Part shown: one piece after another, positions 12,625 through 26,369 of the stretch | Layout: every line of letters starts with the position of its first letter | How positions within the stretch are numbered: position 1 is the stretch's first letter | Assembly: GCA_002269645.1 (NCBI GenBank) | Contig: NIVC01002706.1 | Coordinates: forward strand, 84,337-148,336 | Source: Macrostomum lignano | Lineage: Eukaryota | Length of the DNA stretch: 64,000 nucleotides | Direction of reading: 5' to 3' | Notes under the pieces: model-generated | Told to the model about the DNA's origin: nothing | Databases searched by the model: none | The model's input: the letters and a program-made list of their open reading frames with translations, nothing else | Made by a program: the position numbers and the translations under genes

Positions 12625-14400
12625 CTCTCCTCTGTTCCTGATGATCCTCTCTCCCCTGTTCCTGATGGTCCTCTCTCCCCTGTTCCTGATGATCCTCTCT
12701 CCCCTGTTCTTGATGATCCTCTCTCCTCTGTTCCTGATGATCCTCTCTCCCCTGTTCCTGATGATCCTCTCTCCTCTGTTCCTGATGATCCTCTCTCCCC
12801 TGTTCCTGATGATCCTCTCTCCTCTGTTCCTGATGATCCTCTCTCCCCTGTTCTTGATGATCCTCTCTCCCCTGTTCCTGGTCCTCTCTCCTCTGTTCCT
12901 GATGATCCTCTCTCCCCTGTTCCTGATGATCCTCTCTCCCCTGTTCTTGATGATCCTCTCTCCTCTGTTCCTGGTCCTCTCTCCCCTGTTCCTTGTCCTC
13001 TCTCCCCTGTTCCTGATGATCCTCTCTCCCCTGTTCCTGATGATCCTCTCTCCCCTGTTCCTGATGATCCTCTCTCCCCTGTTCCTGGTCCTCTCTCCCC
13101 TGTTCCTGGTCCTCTCTCCCCTGTTCCTGGTCCTCTCTCCCCTGTTCCTGGTCCTCTCTCCCCTGTTCCTGATGATCCTCTCTCCTCTGTTCCTGGTCCT
13201 CTCTCCCCTGTTCCTTGTCCTCTCTCCCCTGTTCCTGATGATCCTCTCTCCCCTGTTCTTGATGATTCTCTCTCCCCTGTTCCTTGTCCTCTCTCCCCTG
13301 TTCCTGATGATCCTCTCTCCCCTGTTCCTGATGATCCTCTCTCCCCTGTTCCTGATGATCCTCTCTCCCCTGTTCCTTGTCCTCTCTCCCCTGTTCCTGA
13401 TGATCCTCTCTCCCCTGTTCTTGATGATTCTCTCTCCCCTGTTCCTTGTCCTCTCTCCCCTGTTCCTGATGATCCTCTCTCCCCTGTTCCTGATGATCCT
13501 CTCTCCCCTGTTCCTGATGATCCTCTCTCCCCTGTTCCTTGTCCTCTCTCCCCTGTTCCTGATGATCCTCTCTCCCCTGTTCCTGATGATTCTCTCTCCC
13601 CTGTTCCTTGTCCTCTCTCCCCTGTTCCTGATGATCCTCTCTCCCCTGTTCCTGATGATCCTCTCTCCCCTGTTCCTGATGATCCTCTCTCCCCTGTTCC
13701 TGATAATCCTCTCTGCCCTGTTCCTGATAATCCTCTCTCCCCTGTTCCTGATGATCCTCTCTCCCCTGTTCCTGATGATCCTCTCTCCCCTGTTCCTGAT
13801 GATCCTCTCTCCCCTGTTCCTGATGATCCTCTCTCCCCTGTTCCTGATAATCCTCTCTCCCCTGTTCCTGATGATCCTCTCTCCCCTGTTCCTGATGATC
13901 CTCTCTCCCCTGTTCCTGATGATCCTCTCTCCCCTGTTCCTGGTGGTCCTCTCTCCCCTGTTCCTGATGATCCTCTCTCCCCTGTTCCTGATGATCCTCT
14001 CTCCCCTGTTCCTGATGATCCTCTCTCCCCTGTTCCTGATGATCCTCTCTCCCCTGTTCCTGATAATCCTCTCTCCCCTGTTCCTGATGATCCTCTCTCC
14101 CCTGTTCCTGATGATCCTCTCTCCCCTGTTCCTGATGATCCTCTCTCCCCTGTTCCTGATGATCCTCTCTCCCCTGTTCCTGATGATCCTCTCTCCCCTG
14201 TTCCTGATGATCCTCTCTCCCCTGTTCCTGATGATCCTCTCTCCCCTGTTCCTGATGATCCTCTCTCTCCTGTTCCTGATGATCCTCATGATCCTCTCTC
14301 CCCTGTTCCTCATGGTCCTCTCTCCTCTGTTCCTCATGGTCCTCTCTCCTCTGTTCCTCATGGTCCTCTCTCCTCTGTTCCTCATGGTCCTCTCCCCCTT
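12625..14400. repeat. 24/21-bp minisatellite
   Basis: CCTCTCTCCCCTGTTCCTGATGAT, with a 21-bp deletion variant. Confidence 0.96.
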
Positions 14401-14884
14401 GTTTTCGATAATCTTCTCTCCCTGTTTCTGTGTTATAAAGAACCCTTGTCATTTGCTTGCTCAGCTCGTACTCACGACCCTAATGGCCGTCATGAATTTA
14501 TTTGAGTGGCACAGTTGACTCTCACAGAATCTGTCAGTGTGGTTAAGGGATTTGTAAAATTGTTATAAGTATCAAAATTATACAATGTGAGATTATAATA
14601 AGTGGTAATGTTTAAATGCCTGTATCAATAAATTGAATGTCAAAGCCCTTCTACTGAGTACCAAGCATTGCTAACCGTTTTTTGCGTGGCTGAGAGCGTT
14701 TCATTAAATTGAGTTTGCTTTTCAGTGAAAACTGTTTGTTATAAATTTACTAAAATCCTACTGCTAGTAGAACAGATGCTGATACGAGCGTATCTTTTCT
14801 AGCAATAAAAATGCTTTATAATATACTTTTTTCATTTCGGTATCTAACAATTTGAAGATGATTTTGAGTAGAGTCAGGGACTAT

Positions 14885-15182
14885 TCTAAAGAGAGTCAGA
14901 GACTACTCTGGAGAGAGCCAGGCAGGGGATTCTGGAGAGAGTCAGACAGGATTCTGAAGAGAGTCAGACAGGATTCTGGAGAGAGTCAGGATTCTGGAGA
15001 GAGTCAGAGACTACTCTAGAGAGAGTCAGACAGGATTCTGGAGAGAGTCAGGATTCTGGAGAGAGTCAGAGACTACTCTAGAGAGAGTCAGACAGGATTC
15101 TGGAGAGTCAGACAGGATTCTGGAGAGAGTCAGGATTCTGGAGAGAGTCAGAGACTACTCTAGAGAGAGTCAGACAGGATTG
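14885..15182. repeat. GA-rich compound minisatellite
   Basis: GAGAGAGTCAGACAGGATTCTG / GAGACTACTCTA units. Confidence 0.85.
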
Positions 15183-16321
15183 TAAAGATGGTCCTCAGGT
15201 GATGAGCAGGACATGAAGGCCTGTAGTGTTTGAAAGTTCTATTTGCAAAAGACATTGTTTTTGTAGCTCCAAAAATCTATTTTTAGCAATTCTTTCAGAA
15301 GACGTTCTCTTTTATGTTGACAGTGTTTTCAAGTTTTCTTCTAAAAATAGAAATGTGTTGGTGGCAGCACCCGTGTCTGGAGAACTGGCAGACACAGGTA
15401 AGTAACTAAATACTCCAAGTATTGATTGAAGACGCTTGGCCTGATCGATAGCTAACATCTGACAGCTTTTGAAAGCTGATAAACAGAATTCCTCAAGTAC
15501 CAGCTGCAGCAACAAGGAGCTTGAAAACACACACAGATAGGTGATCGATTTTACTTTAGTCACAGGCCAGGTGCTTCTCTGCCTCTATTCCGCGGAATAT
15601 TTTATCAACACCTTCTTGAAAGGGTGGCTGATGGAGATGCCAATCCCGCTCTGTCAAGCATCGCAGTGAGATTGCCTTATTAGGTCATCACCGGGAGAGC
15701 GTTCACTGAGCGGCTTGCAGAAAATATTCCCCGCTTATTGACAGCCTCCCGTGCCCCCCGGCTGTCACCTGGGGAAGACAATTCTTCCTCTGGGCCGCCC
15801 AAGCCCAAGCAGGCTGCGCGAGTACAAAAGAAATTCTCAAACACTGCAAATAACAAGCTGCCAGTGTCAATGCAAAGGTGCGTTGGAGACAACATCGGCA
15901 GAGTCTGGTAGGCGTCAGGCTGGGTGGCTGGTGCAAAACACACACAAAGGACCTCGTGAGCACCCTTGCAGATATTTGAGCAGGCTGTTTACGACGAGCT
16001 GCATCTCTCGTATGCCTTCGTCTCTCCTCCTCTTCCCTTCATAACAGTGTTTGGCACTGAGATGCTTTCTGCTTCTCGGGGTAGGCGAGACCTTGAAATG
16101 CTCCTTTTCACTGTGCTCTTCGTTTCTTTGGGATTGGGAAACTGAGACGAATAGAGGATCTGCCAGGTGTCCGGCCATCGATCAGCGGCTTCGAATTTGG
16201 GCGAGGGGGATTTCGAAAGAATATCTGCTCCAATGTGGGATAATATTGGAGACAGGGACTGACAACACGTGGTATTTCTGTTCTGGGCTCGATAGTGTTA
16301 TGAGAACAGTACCTAGTAATG

Positions 16322-16622
16322 AATCTTATGACTGGTTTCGTTATGACTGATTCTGTTATGACTGATTCTTTTGACTTGAATCTGCAATGACTGATTCTCT
16401 TATGACTGATTCTGTTATGACTGATTCTGTTATGACTGATTCTGTTATGACTGATTCTGTTATGACTGATTCTGTTATGACTGATTCTGTTATGACTTGA
16501 ATCTGCTATGACTGATTCTCTTATGACTGATTCTGTTATGACTGATTCTGTTATGACTGATTCTTTTATGACTGATTCTTTTATGACTGATTCTGTTATG
16601 ACTGATTCTGTTATGACTGATG
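16322..16622. repeat. 15-bp minisatellite
   Basis: TGACTGATTCTGTTA units. Confidence 0.92.
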
Positions 16623-17054
16623 CTGTCATTAGTCTGACTGAATAGGTCAGTCTGCAAAAAGTACAGTCATTCCTCGAAGGAGCGCACTTTTTGTCCACTG
16701 CTTCAGCCGCATCAGACTTTAAGGCTGCTGGCAAAAGCATAGCACTATCGGGACTCTCTGGTTGCGATCAGTGATTTCGCTAAACTGTTTGAGCATTAAG
16801 TTCTCTCCGAAGCCAGTCAATAGAATTCACTTCGGCTTCACTCGGTCAAGTCCACTTTGCAAATCTTCGTGAGGCTTCTTTAAAAGTGAACTGAGGAATT
16901 CAATTGTTAAAAATCCGCTTTCTGTAGCTCACAAATCTGTTCACCTGTCCTTTCATTCAAATTTCTACAGGAAGAACTTCTCTCATTTGCCTTGCTCAAT
17001 TTCCACTTTCTGTTAATTGCGCTTCTCGGGCTCCTTTCCTCTTTCTCCTTGCCT

Positions 17055-17237
17055 CTTCACCCTCTCTCCGCCCTCCACCCTCTCTCCGCCCTCCACCCTC
17101 TCTCCGCCCTCCACCCTCTCTCCGCCCTCTCTTCGCCCTCTCTCCGCCCTCTCTCCGCCCTCTCTCCGCCCTCTCTCCGCCCTCTCTCCGGCCTCTCTCC
17201 GGCCTCTCTCCGCCCTCTCTCCGCCCTCTCTCCGCCC
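17055..17237. repeat. 11/18-bp CT-rich minisatellite
   Basis: CCCTCTCTCCG units. Confidence 0.88.
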
Positions 17238-17259
17238 TGAGCCCTGGGGCCTGAGGCCC

Positions 17260-18487
17260 TGAGATCTGAACCCCAACTATAGAGATCTGAGCCCCAACTA
17301 TAGAGATCTGAACCCCAACTATAGAGATCTGAGCCCCAACTATAGAGATCTAAGCCCCAACTATAGAGACCTGAGCCCCAACTATAGAGACCTGAGCCCC
17401 AACTATAGAGACCTGAGCCCCAACTATAGAGACCTGAGCCCCAACTATAGAGACCTGAGCCCCAACTATAGAGACCTGAGCCCCAACTATAGAGACCTGA
17501 GCCCCAACTATAGAGACCTGAGCCCCAACTATAGAGACCTGAGCCCCAACTATAGAGACCTAAGCCCCAACTATAGAGACCTGAGCCCCAACTATAGAGA
17601 CCTGAGCCCCAACTATAGAGACCTGAGCCCCAACTATAGAGACCTGAGCCCCAACTATAGAGACCTGAGCCCCAACTATAGAGACCTGAGCCCCAACTAT
17701 AGAGACCTGAGCCCCAACTATAGAGACCTGAGCCCCAACTATAGAGACCTGAGCCCCAACTATAGAGACCTGAGCCCCAACTATAGAGACCTGAGCCCCA
17801 ACTATAGAGACCTGAGCCCCAACTATAGAGACCTGAGCCCCAACTATAGAGACCTGAGCCCCAACTATAGAGACCTGAGCCCCAACTATAGAGACCTGAG
17901 CCCCAACTATAGAGACCTGAGCCCCAACTATAGAGACCTGAGCCCCAACTATAGAGACCTGAGCCCCAACTATAGAGACCTGAGCCCCAACTATAGAGAC
18001 CTGAGCCCCAACTATAGAGACCTGAGCCCCAACTATAGAGACCTGAGCCCCAACTATAGAGACCTGAGCCCCAACTATAGAGACCTGAGCCCCAACTATA
18101 GAGACCTGAGCCCCAACTATAGAGACCTGAGCCCCAACTATAGAGACCTGAGCCCCAACTATAGAGACCTGAGCCCCAACTATAGAGACCTGAGCCCCAA
18201 CTATAGAGACCTGAGCCCCAACTATAGAGACCTGAGCCCCAACTATAGAGATCTGAGCCCCAACTATAGAGACCTGAGCCCCAACTATAGAGACCTGAGC
18301 CCCAACTATAGAGACCTGAGCCCCAACTATAGAGACCTGAGCCCCAACTATAGAGACCTGAGCCCCAACTATAGAGATCTGAGCCCCAACTATAGAGATC
18401 TGAGCCCCAACTATAGAGACCTGAGCCCCAACTATAGAGACCTGAGCCCCAACTATAGAGACCTGAGCCCCAACTATAGAGACCTGA
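17260..18487. repeat. Highly homogeneous 21-bp minisatellite
   Basis: About 58 copies of GAGACCTGAGCCCCAACTATA. Confidence 0.97.
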
Positions 18488-19479
18488 ACTTGCATCACTC
18501 TTTTTTCTGCCCCTCATCCAGATTCGCGCCGTGATTTCCTGTAAAATTCTCTGCAGCCTCGCCAGATAGAAAACACACCAGCGATTTTTATCTGTTATTC
18601 GGGAAATTTAATCAGAAACACGAACTAGCACCCAAAGTTAGAGGTCTTACATGTACTGCATTGCTTTTGTTTACTTTACAAGCCAAACGGTAAATTTATC
18701 TTTTTCAAGTACAGCTTCTGCAACCTAAGGAAATTAGAAATTCCAACAACAAATACAGATAGATCAACAAGCAGCCGTATTTTTTAAGCTTCACACGGTT
18801 CACACCAAAACTTGTTTTTCTCCTTCTTAGTACAAGATGCGCGCCTGGCGCCATTGGCCCAGCAGCAGGCGCGCATCTCGCAGCTTGCTGTCCCGGTTCT
18901 GTCCAATGACAGCAGGGCTACGCTTGGCGCTCGCTACCTTAGTGACTACAAATAGTTAGCTCTCTGTCACTGAGCCGGACAGGCCAACCATTCTGAGTCT
19001 CCATTCTGAGCTGTTCAGTTAATTCAAGTAGGATTAATTTTATTTTTAAAACAAAAAAGCATAACGCCATTTATTGGTCTGGATAAACAGGTGAGTGAAG
19101 CATTGCATATAAATATGAATATAAATTATTAATGCATATCTATAAGGATCGTGTCTCAGTGCCAGTCGGTAACTAATAATAGACCGAGGCGGCGGCTCAA
19201 ATACTGCACTGTGCGATAAAGGCCGAGGTTCATGGTAGCTGCTATCGATTAGCCATAAATTTGGTGGCATCTATAAACGTTCTAGAAGAAGAAATATAAG
19301 CCAGTAGGCAAATCAGAAGTGCGGCCACTGGGCACTGTTTACTGATCGAGGCTGAAAATACTGTTGAGATTGTTGGTCCGATACTGAGTTGGAGACTGAT
19401 GCTGAGAAGGGGAGAGAGAGGGAGGTAGAGAAAGAGAGAAGGTAACGGCTGGTGGGATATGGATTAATATAGAGGGAGA

Positions 19480-20282
19480 TGGATAGGAGACAGGTGGGAG
19501 ATAGATAGGAGACAGACACTGGACAGATAGGAGACAGACACAGGACAGATAGGAGACAGACACTGGACAGATAGGAGACAGACACTGGACAGATAGGAGA
19601 CAGACACTGGACAGATATGAGACAGACACTGGACAGACAGGAGACAGACACTGGACAGATAGGAGACAGACACTGGACAGATAGGAGACAGACACAGGAC
19701 AGATAGGAGACAGACACTGGACAGATAGGAGACAGACACAGGACAGATAGAAGACAGACACTGGACAGATAGGAGACAGACACTGGACAGATAGGAGACA
19801 GACACAGGACAGATAGGAGACAGACACTGGACAGATAGGAGACAGACACTGGACAGATAGGAGACAGACACAGGACAGATAGGAGACAGACACTGGACAG
19901 ATAGGAGACAGACACAGGACAGATAGGAGACAGACACTGGACAGATAGGAGACAGACACTGGACAGATAGGAGACAGACACTGGACAGATAGGAGACAGA
20001 CACTGGACAGATAGAAGACAGACACTGGACAGATAGGAGACAGACACTGGACAGATAGGAGACAGACACAGGACAGATAGGAGACAGACACTGGACAGAT
20101 AGGAGACAGACACTGGACAGACAGGAGACAGACACTGGACAGATAGGAGACAGACACCGGACAGATAGGAGACAGACACTGGACAGATAGGAGACAGACA
20201 CAGGACAGATAGAAGACAGACACAGGACAGATAGGAGACAGACACTGGACAGATAGGAGACAGACACAGGACAGATAGAAAA
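19480..20282. repeat. 22-bp minisatellite
   Basis: GGACAGATAGGAGACAGACACT units. Confidence 0.95.
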
Positions 20283-20914
20283 CAGGAGAGGGTGAGAGGC
20301 TCAGACCTGTTGCCATCAGAACTGATCTGTACTGACCATCGCTTCCTCAGATCAATATTCATTATTTTCCATCCTACTTTCTCAACCGACTGAACTCGTC
20401 TTCATTTTTCGTCGGCCATGGTGCTTCATCAGTAATTTATATTTTTTAGCTCTCCTTATCTGATTTGTGCATTCTAGTGGTCACCCATTAACAAAAGTAT
20501 ATATCAAATATTAAAGTACACACTCCAGTTAACTCCTAATCCGTTAGGCTCAATACATTTTTCATGATCCGGACCTCGCTTCCATGTTTTACGGGTCTGC
20601 TAGCCACAAATTAGAATTAATTCCGCTGACTAGCGAGTATTATGACCAGCCTTTAATCTGGATTCTCATGAGCATGAGCATTCGCACAAATCCTTGTGAT
20701 TTCCCGCATAAGACCAGCTGGTCTCCCCTATAAGGCCAGCGCACACAAGGAAAGGGTTTGTAGCGCTTTGTAAGGATATAGTAGCCCAGTTGGTACTGCG
20801 GTACCAGTTTAACTTATTCGATTTCGACAGTGCAAACCAACGGTTTTCACTGAAGCGTTTTTGCTATTTCGATTGTTTCATATCGAATATAGATTTTTTG
20901 TCACTTTTTTTCGA

Positions 20915-23892
20915 ATTAGACCCAGTCAGAAGCAGGTAGCAACCCAATTAGACCCAGTCAGTAAGCAGGTAGCAACCCAATTAGACACAGTCAGTAAGCA
21001 GGTAGCAACCCAATTAGACACAGTCAGTAAGCAGGTAGCAACCCAATTAGACACAGTCAGTAAGCAGGTAGCAACCCAATTAGACACAGTCAGTAAGCAG
21101 GTAGCAACCCAATTAGACACAGTCAGTAAGCAGGTAGCAACCCAATTAGACACAGTCAGTAAGCAGGTAGCAACCCAATTAGACACAGTCAGTAAGCAGG
21201 TAGCAACCCAATTAGACACAGTCAGTAAGCAGGTAGCAACCCAATTAGACACAATCAGTAAGCAGGTAGCAACCCAATTAGACACAATCAGTAAGCAACC
21301 CAATTAGACACGATCAGTAAGCAACCCAATTAGACACAGTCAGTAAGCAGGTAGCAACCCAATTAGACCCAGTCAGTAAGCAGGTAGCAACCCAATTAGA
21401 CCCAGTCAGTAAGCAGGTAGCAACCCAATTAGACACAATCAGTAAGCAACCCAATTAGACACAATCAGTAAGCAACCCAATTAGACCCAGTCAGTAAGCA
21501 GGTAGCAACCCAATTAGACACAATCAGTAAGCAACCCAATTCGACACAATCAGTAAGCAACCCAATTAGACACAATCAGTAAGCAACCCAATTAGACCCA
21601 GTCAGTAAGCAGGTAGCAACCCAATTAGACACAATCAGTAAGCAACCCAATTAGACACAGTCAGTAAGCAGGTAGCAACCCAATTAGACACAATCAGTAA
21701 GCAACCCAATTAGACACAATCAGTAAGCAACCCAATTAGACCCAGTCAGTAAGCAGGTAGCAACCCAATTAGACACAATCAGTAAGCAACCCAATTAGAC
21801 ACAGTCAGTAAGCAGGTAGCAACCCAATTAGACACAATCAGTAAGCAACCCAATTAGACACAATCAGTAAGCAACCCAATTAGACCCAGTCAGTAAGCAG
21901 GTAGCAACCCAATTAGACACAATCAGTAAGCAACCCAATTAGACACAGTCAGTAAGCAGGTAGCAACCCAATTAGACACAGTCAGTAAGCAGGTAGCAAC
22001 CCAATTAGACCCAGTCAGTAAGCAGGTACCGACCCAATTAGACACAATCAGCAGGTAAGCAGGTAGCAATCCAATTAGACACAATCAGCAGGTAAGCAGG
22101 CAGCAACCCAATTAGACACAGTCAGCAGGTAAGCAGGCAGCAACCCAATTAGACACAATCAGCTGGTAAGCAGGCAGCAACCCAATTAGACACAATCAGC
22201 AGGTAAGCAGGTAGCAACCCAATTAGACAGTCAGTAAGCAGGTAGCAACCCAATTAGACACAGTCAGTAAGCAGGTAGCAACCCAATTAGACACAGTCAG
22301 TAAGCAGGTAGCAACCCAATTAGACACAGTCAGTAAGCAGGTAGCAACCCAATTAGACACAATCAGTAAGCAGGTAGCAACCCAATTAGACACAATCAGT
22401 AAGCAACCCAATTAGACACAATCAGTAAGCAACCCAATTAGACACAGTCAGTAAGCAGGTAGCAACCCAATTAGACCCAGTCAGTAAGCAGGTAGCAACC
22501 CAATTAGACCCAGTCAGTAAGCAGGTAGCAACCCAATTAGACACAATCAGTAAGCAACCCAATTAGACACAATCAGTAAGCAACCCAATTAGACCCAGTC
22601 AGTAAGCAGGTAGCAACCCAATTAGACACAATCAGTAAGCAACCCAATTCGACACAATCAGTAAGCAACCCAATTAGACCCAGTCAGTAAGCAGGTAGCG
22701 ACCCAATTAGACACAGTCAGTAAGCAGGTAGCAACCCAATTAGACACAGTCAGTAAGCAGGTAGCAACCCAATTAGACCCAGTCAGTAAGCAGGTAGCAA
22801 CCCAATTAGACACAATCAGTAAGCAACCCAATTAGACACAATCAGTAAGCAACCCAATTAGACACAATCAGTAAGCAGGTAGCGACCCAATTAGACACAG
22901 TCAGTAAGCAGGTAGCGACCCAATTAGACACAGTCAGTAAGCAGGTAGCAACCCAATTAGACACAGTCAGTAAGCAGGTAGCAACCCAATTAGACCCAGT
23001 CAGTAAGCAGGTAGCAACCCAATTAGACACAATCAGTAAGCAACCCAATTAGACACAATCAGTAAGCAACCCAATTAGACACAATCAGTAAGCAACCCAA
23101 TTAGACCCAGTCAGTAAGCAGGTAGCAACCCAATTAGACACAATCAGTAAGCAACCCAATTAGACACAATCAGTAAGCAACCCAATTAGACCCAGTCAGT
23201 AAGCAGGTAGCAACCCAATTAGACACAATCAGTAAGCAACCCAATTAGACACAGTCAGTAAGCAGGTAGCAACCCAATTAGACACAGTCAGTAAGCAGGT
23301 AGCAACCCAATTAGACCCAGTCAGTAAGCAGGTACCGACCCAATTAGACACAATCAGCAGGTAAGCAGGTAGCAATCCAATTAGACACAATCAGCAGGTA
23401 AGCAGGCAGCAACCCAATTAGACACAGTCAGCAGGTAAGCAGGCAGCAACCCAATTAGACACAATCAGCTGGTAAGCAGGCAGCAACCCAATTAGACATA
23501 ATCAGCAGGTAAGCAGGCAGCAACCCAATTAGACACAATCAGCAGGTAAGCAGGTAACAACCCAATTAGACACAATCAGCAGGTAAGCAGGTAGCAACCC
23601 AATTAGACACAGTCAGCAGGTAAGCAGGCAGCAACCCAATTAGACACAATCAGCTGGTAAGCAGGCAGCAACCCAATTAGACATAATCAGCAGGTAAGCA
23701 GGCAGCAACCCAATTAGACACAATCAGCAGGTAAGCAGGTAGCAACCCAATTAGACACAGTCAGCAGGTAAGCAGGCAGCAACCCAATTAGACACAATCA
23801 GCAGGTAAGCAGGCAGCAACCCAATTAGACACAATCAGCAGGTAAGCAGGCAGCAACCCAATTAGACACAATCAGCAGGTAAGCAGGCAGCA
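20915..23892. repeat. 33/25/37-bp compound minisatellite, ~3 kb
   Basis: GCAGGTAGCAACCCAATTAGACACAGTCAGTAA plus deletion and insertion variants. Confidence 0.96.
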
Positions 23893-23980
23893 ACAGTAAC
23901 AAGTAGGGCACAGTTTATCCCAGGCCCTAATCTCTATTTCCAAGAAAGACAATATTTCATATCTATAGCTAAGCATGTAG

Positions 23981-24261
23981 ATGGGGCACTGGACAGACTG
24001 CTGAATATCTCAGCAGCACGCGGCTACCGTAAGTGGACTTTAGCGGATGAAGTGGCCCGAGGGTTTGGTATCCATCCAAAGGCCTCGCGCTGGCGACTTT
24101 CTGCTCCGAGAAGCTCGAGTCCGAATATCTAGATTGGAGTGCCACGAGTGTCCGAAATGCCGGGAGGAAGGGAAGGTGTATGGAGGGGAGTGCTATATGA
24201 TGCACTTCTCTAGACACGATCACATCAGCCAAGATCATGGCGGAAGTTTTGTGCACTTTTG
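23981..24261 (+). CDS. Possible Cys/His-rich coding exon(s) of an unidentified gene
   Basis: Candidate exons 23981-24028 (CC|GTAAGT) and 24133-24261 (T|GTGAGT) join in frame as WGTGQTAEYLSSTRLP-LECHECPKCREEGKVYGGECYMMHFSRHDH. No family recognised. Confidence 0.3.
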
Positions 24262-25479
24262 TGAGTTTTATTATTTATTTTTCATACAGTCATTTTTCGG
24301 ACAACTGTAGGCTAACTGACTAATACTGCGGCGAATCTAAAAATTATCATTTCTAATGACGTTTAGTGCATTCAACTATTTCTGTAAAATACTAGCTTGT
24401 AACTCATTGGCTACTGCTCAAAATGCTAAGCTCAGTAAAATGCCTACAGTTGTCTGAAAATGCGGTTTTTTGAGATAGATTAGTACAGACGGCCCTTCAC
24501 ACGTGCTGTACAAATTGACTTCTTATTAACTCTTATCTCTCTGGAATTGATTTAAGCGCACCTTGAATGGCGATATCGCATCGCTAAGACCGCCCACCCC
24601 CCTCTTCTACAAGTTATAGTCGGTGGATATCATCTTGTGCACGTGAGAGGCAAAAGTGGAATTCATAGAGCTAGGGGTCAGTGTTGCTGGGGTCGGGCAG
24701 TTGCTATGGGGAAAAAGATGGTCAGCTGCAGTGATGGATGACGCGGAGGCGGCGGCGTTCACTGGAACGGCAGTTCGGGCAAGGCGCGGGGAGCGTTGCA
24801 AAAGCGATCATCCGCGGAAAAATCTCCTAGCTCCGGTCCCGCCCCAGGCCCCAAACGGTTCCTCCAAGCAAAAATTTCAAAGCAAACGCGCTTCAGAAGG
24901 AGAGAGGCAGCAGGAGCGGCAGAAGCAGACAGGGGGGGGAAATGTACTGCACCCTTAGTCTGCCTTCGGGCCTCTCTCACTCTCTAAAAAGCGGAGCAGC
25001 TTAGGAAACTGAAAGGCAACACGCGGCTACTGGGCCAGGCGCAGTTTGTGTCAACGCCAGACATGCGGCCGAGACAGACATGGCAAGCGAAGGGAGCCGG
25101 ACCAGCAGGCTCTATTATAAAGCGCTTGCCGCAGGTACATGAGGTCGTGCCAGTCCCAATTTGCGCTGCACACTGAGAAAAGAAGGTGGCCCGCTGATGG
25201 GAATTTGAAATTGTCATTTTTACCTGACTCTGTTTTTCTATGCAAAATTTTCCCCAATACATGTATAGACTGCTTGCTCTTTGAAGTCGCCGCCAGGGGC
25301 TGCGTGTTTGCATTGCAACCTGTTGGCCTGTGGCATTGGCCTGGTCCTTGATGAGTGACTGAAAATCTGCGCTGGACAATGGCGCGTGCTGCCAGAAGCA
25401 ATGCATTTCTGCTCGTAGTATCAACTGCTTGAGCCAGTAGGAACAAATACCTGAGTTTCTTTCAGCCCTCAACCAAAGG

Positions 25480-26052
25480 ATCCTACAGTCATCTACTAGA
25501 TGGTCCTACAGTCTAAAAGGTGGTCCTACAGTCATCTACTAGATGGTCCTAGATTGGACCATCTATTGGACCATGGTCCTACAGTCGTCTACTAGATGGT
25601 CCTACAGTCGTCTACTAGATGGTCCTACAGTCTATAAGGTGGTCCTACAGTCATCTACTAGATGGTCCTACAGTCATCTAATAGATAGTCCTACAGTCAT
25701 CTAATAGATAGTCCTACAGTCATCTAATAGATAGTCCTACAGTCGTCTAATAGATAGTCCTACAGTCATCGACTAGAGGGTCCTATAGTCATCTACTAGA
25801 GGGTCCTATAGTCATCTACTAGAGGGTCCTACAGTCATCTACTAGATGGTCCTACAGTCATCTACTAGATGGTCCTACAGTCATCTAATAAATAGTCCTA
25901 CAGTCATCTACTAGATGGTCCTACAGTCATCTAATAGATAGTCCTACAGTCATCTACTAGATGGTCCTACAGTCATCTACTAGATGGTCCTACAGTCATC
26001 TAATAAATAGTCCTACAGTCATCTACTAGATGGTCCTACAGTCATCTACTAG
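25480..26052. repeat. 23-bp minisatellite
   Basis: GGTCCTACAGTCATCTACTAGAT units. Confidence 0.92.
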
Positions 26053-26369
26053 AATCGTCACAATGCGGCCGATTTACTTTTCAGCCAACACCGATCTCAA
26101 GCAGTCGGCGCAGACTTCAGGTCACTCCATCAGTTCCGTTGAAAAATCAGAAACGTTTTGTCTCGAACAGAAGCAGGGGAAAGTCCCACAGTCCTTTCTG
26201 CTTTGAGCTGCTTTTCATTGTGTTTTCTGTCTCGATTCAGCTATTGAAAGCAGTTTCAATGAAAGCAGAATTGTCAGATCCCGGATATTATGTTCTTACA
26301 TGCATCGTGATTTGATATATCAGCTGCATTTTCATTCACCTCTCCAATGCTTTCTTTCTGCAAACACGC

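Noticed and set aside
12518-14518. Four 600+ aa ORFs (EDHQEQGR-, IIRNRGER-, PLSPVPDD-, ILSPLFLM-repeat)
   Set aside because: They are artefacts of a stop-free 24/21-bp array, open in several frames on both strands, with no splice context or non-repeat domain.
15300-16900. Several 80-100 aa ORFs and isolated splice-like sites; one frame with several TGA stops
   Set aside because: No recognisable domain or phase-consistent gene model. The TGA frame also contains TAA, so selenocysteine or readthrough is unsupported.
17260-18487. CRISPR-like regular repeats (also considered for the 30-45 bp arrays)
   Set aside because: The units are head-to-tail with no unique spacers, there are no cas genes, and the context is eukaryotic.
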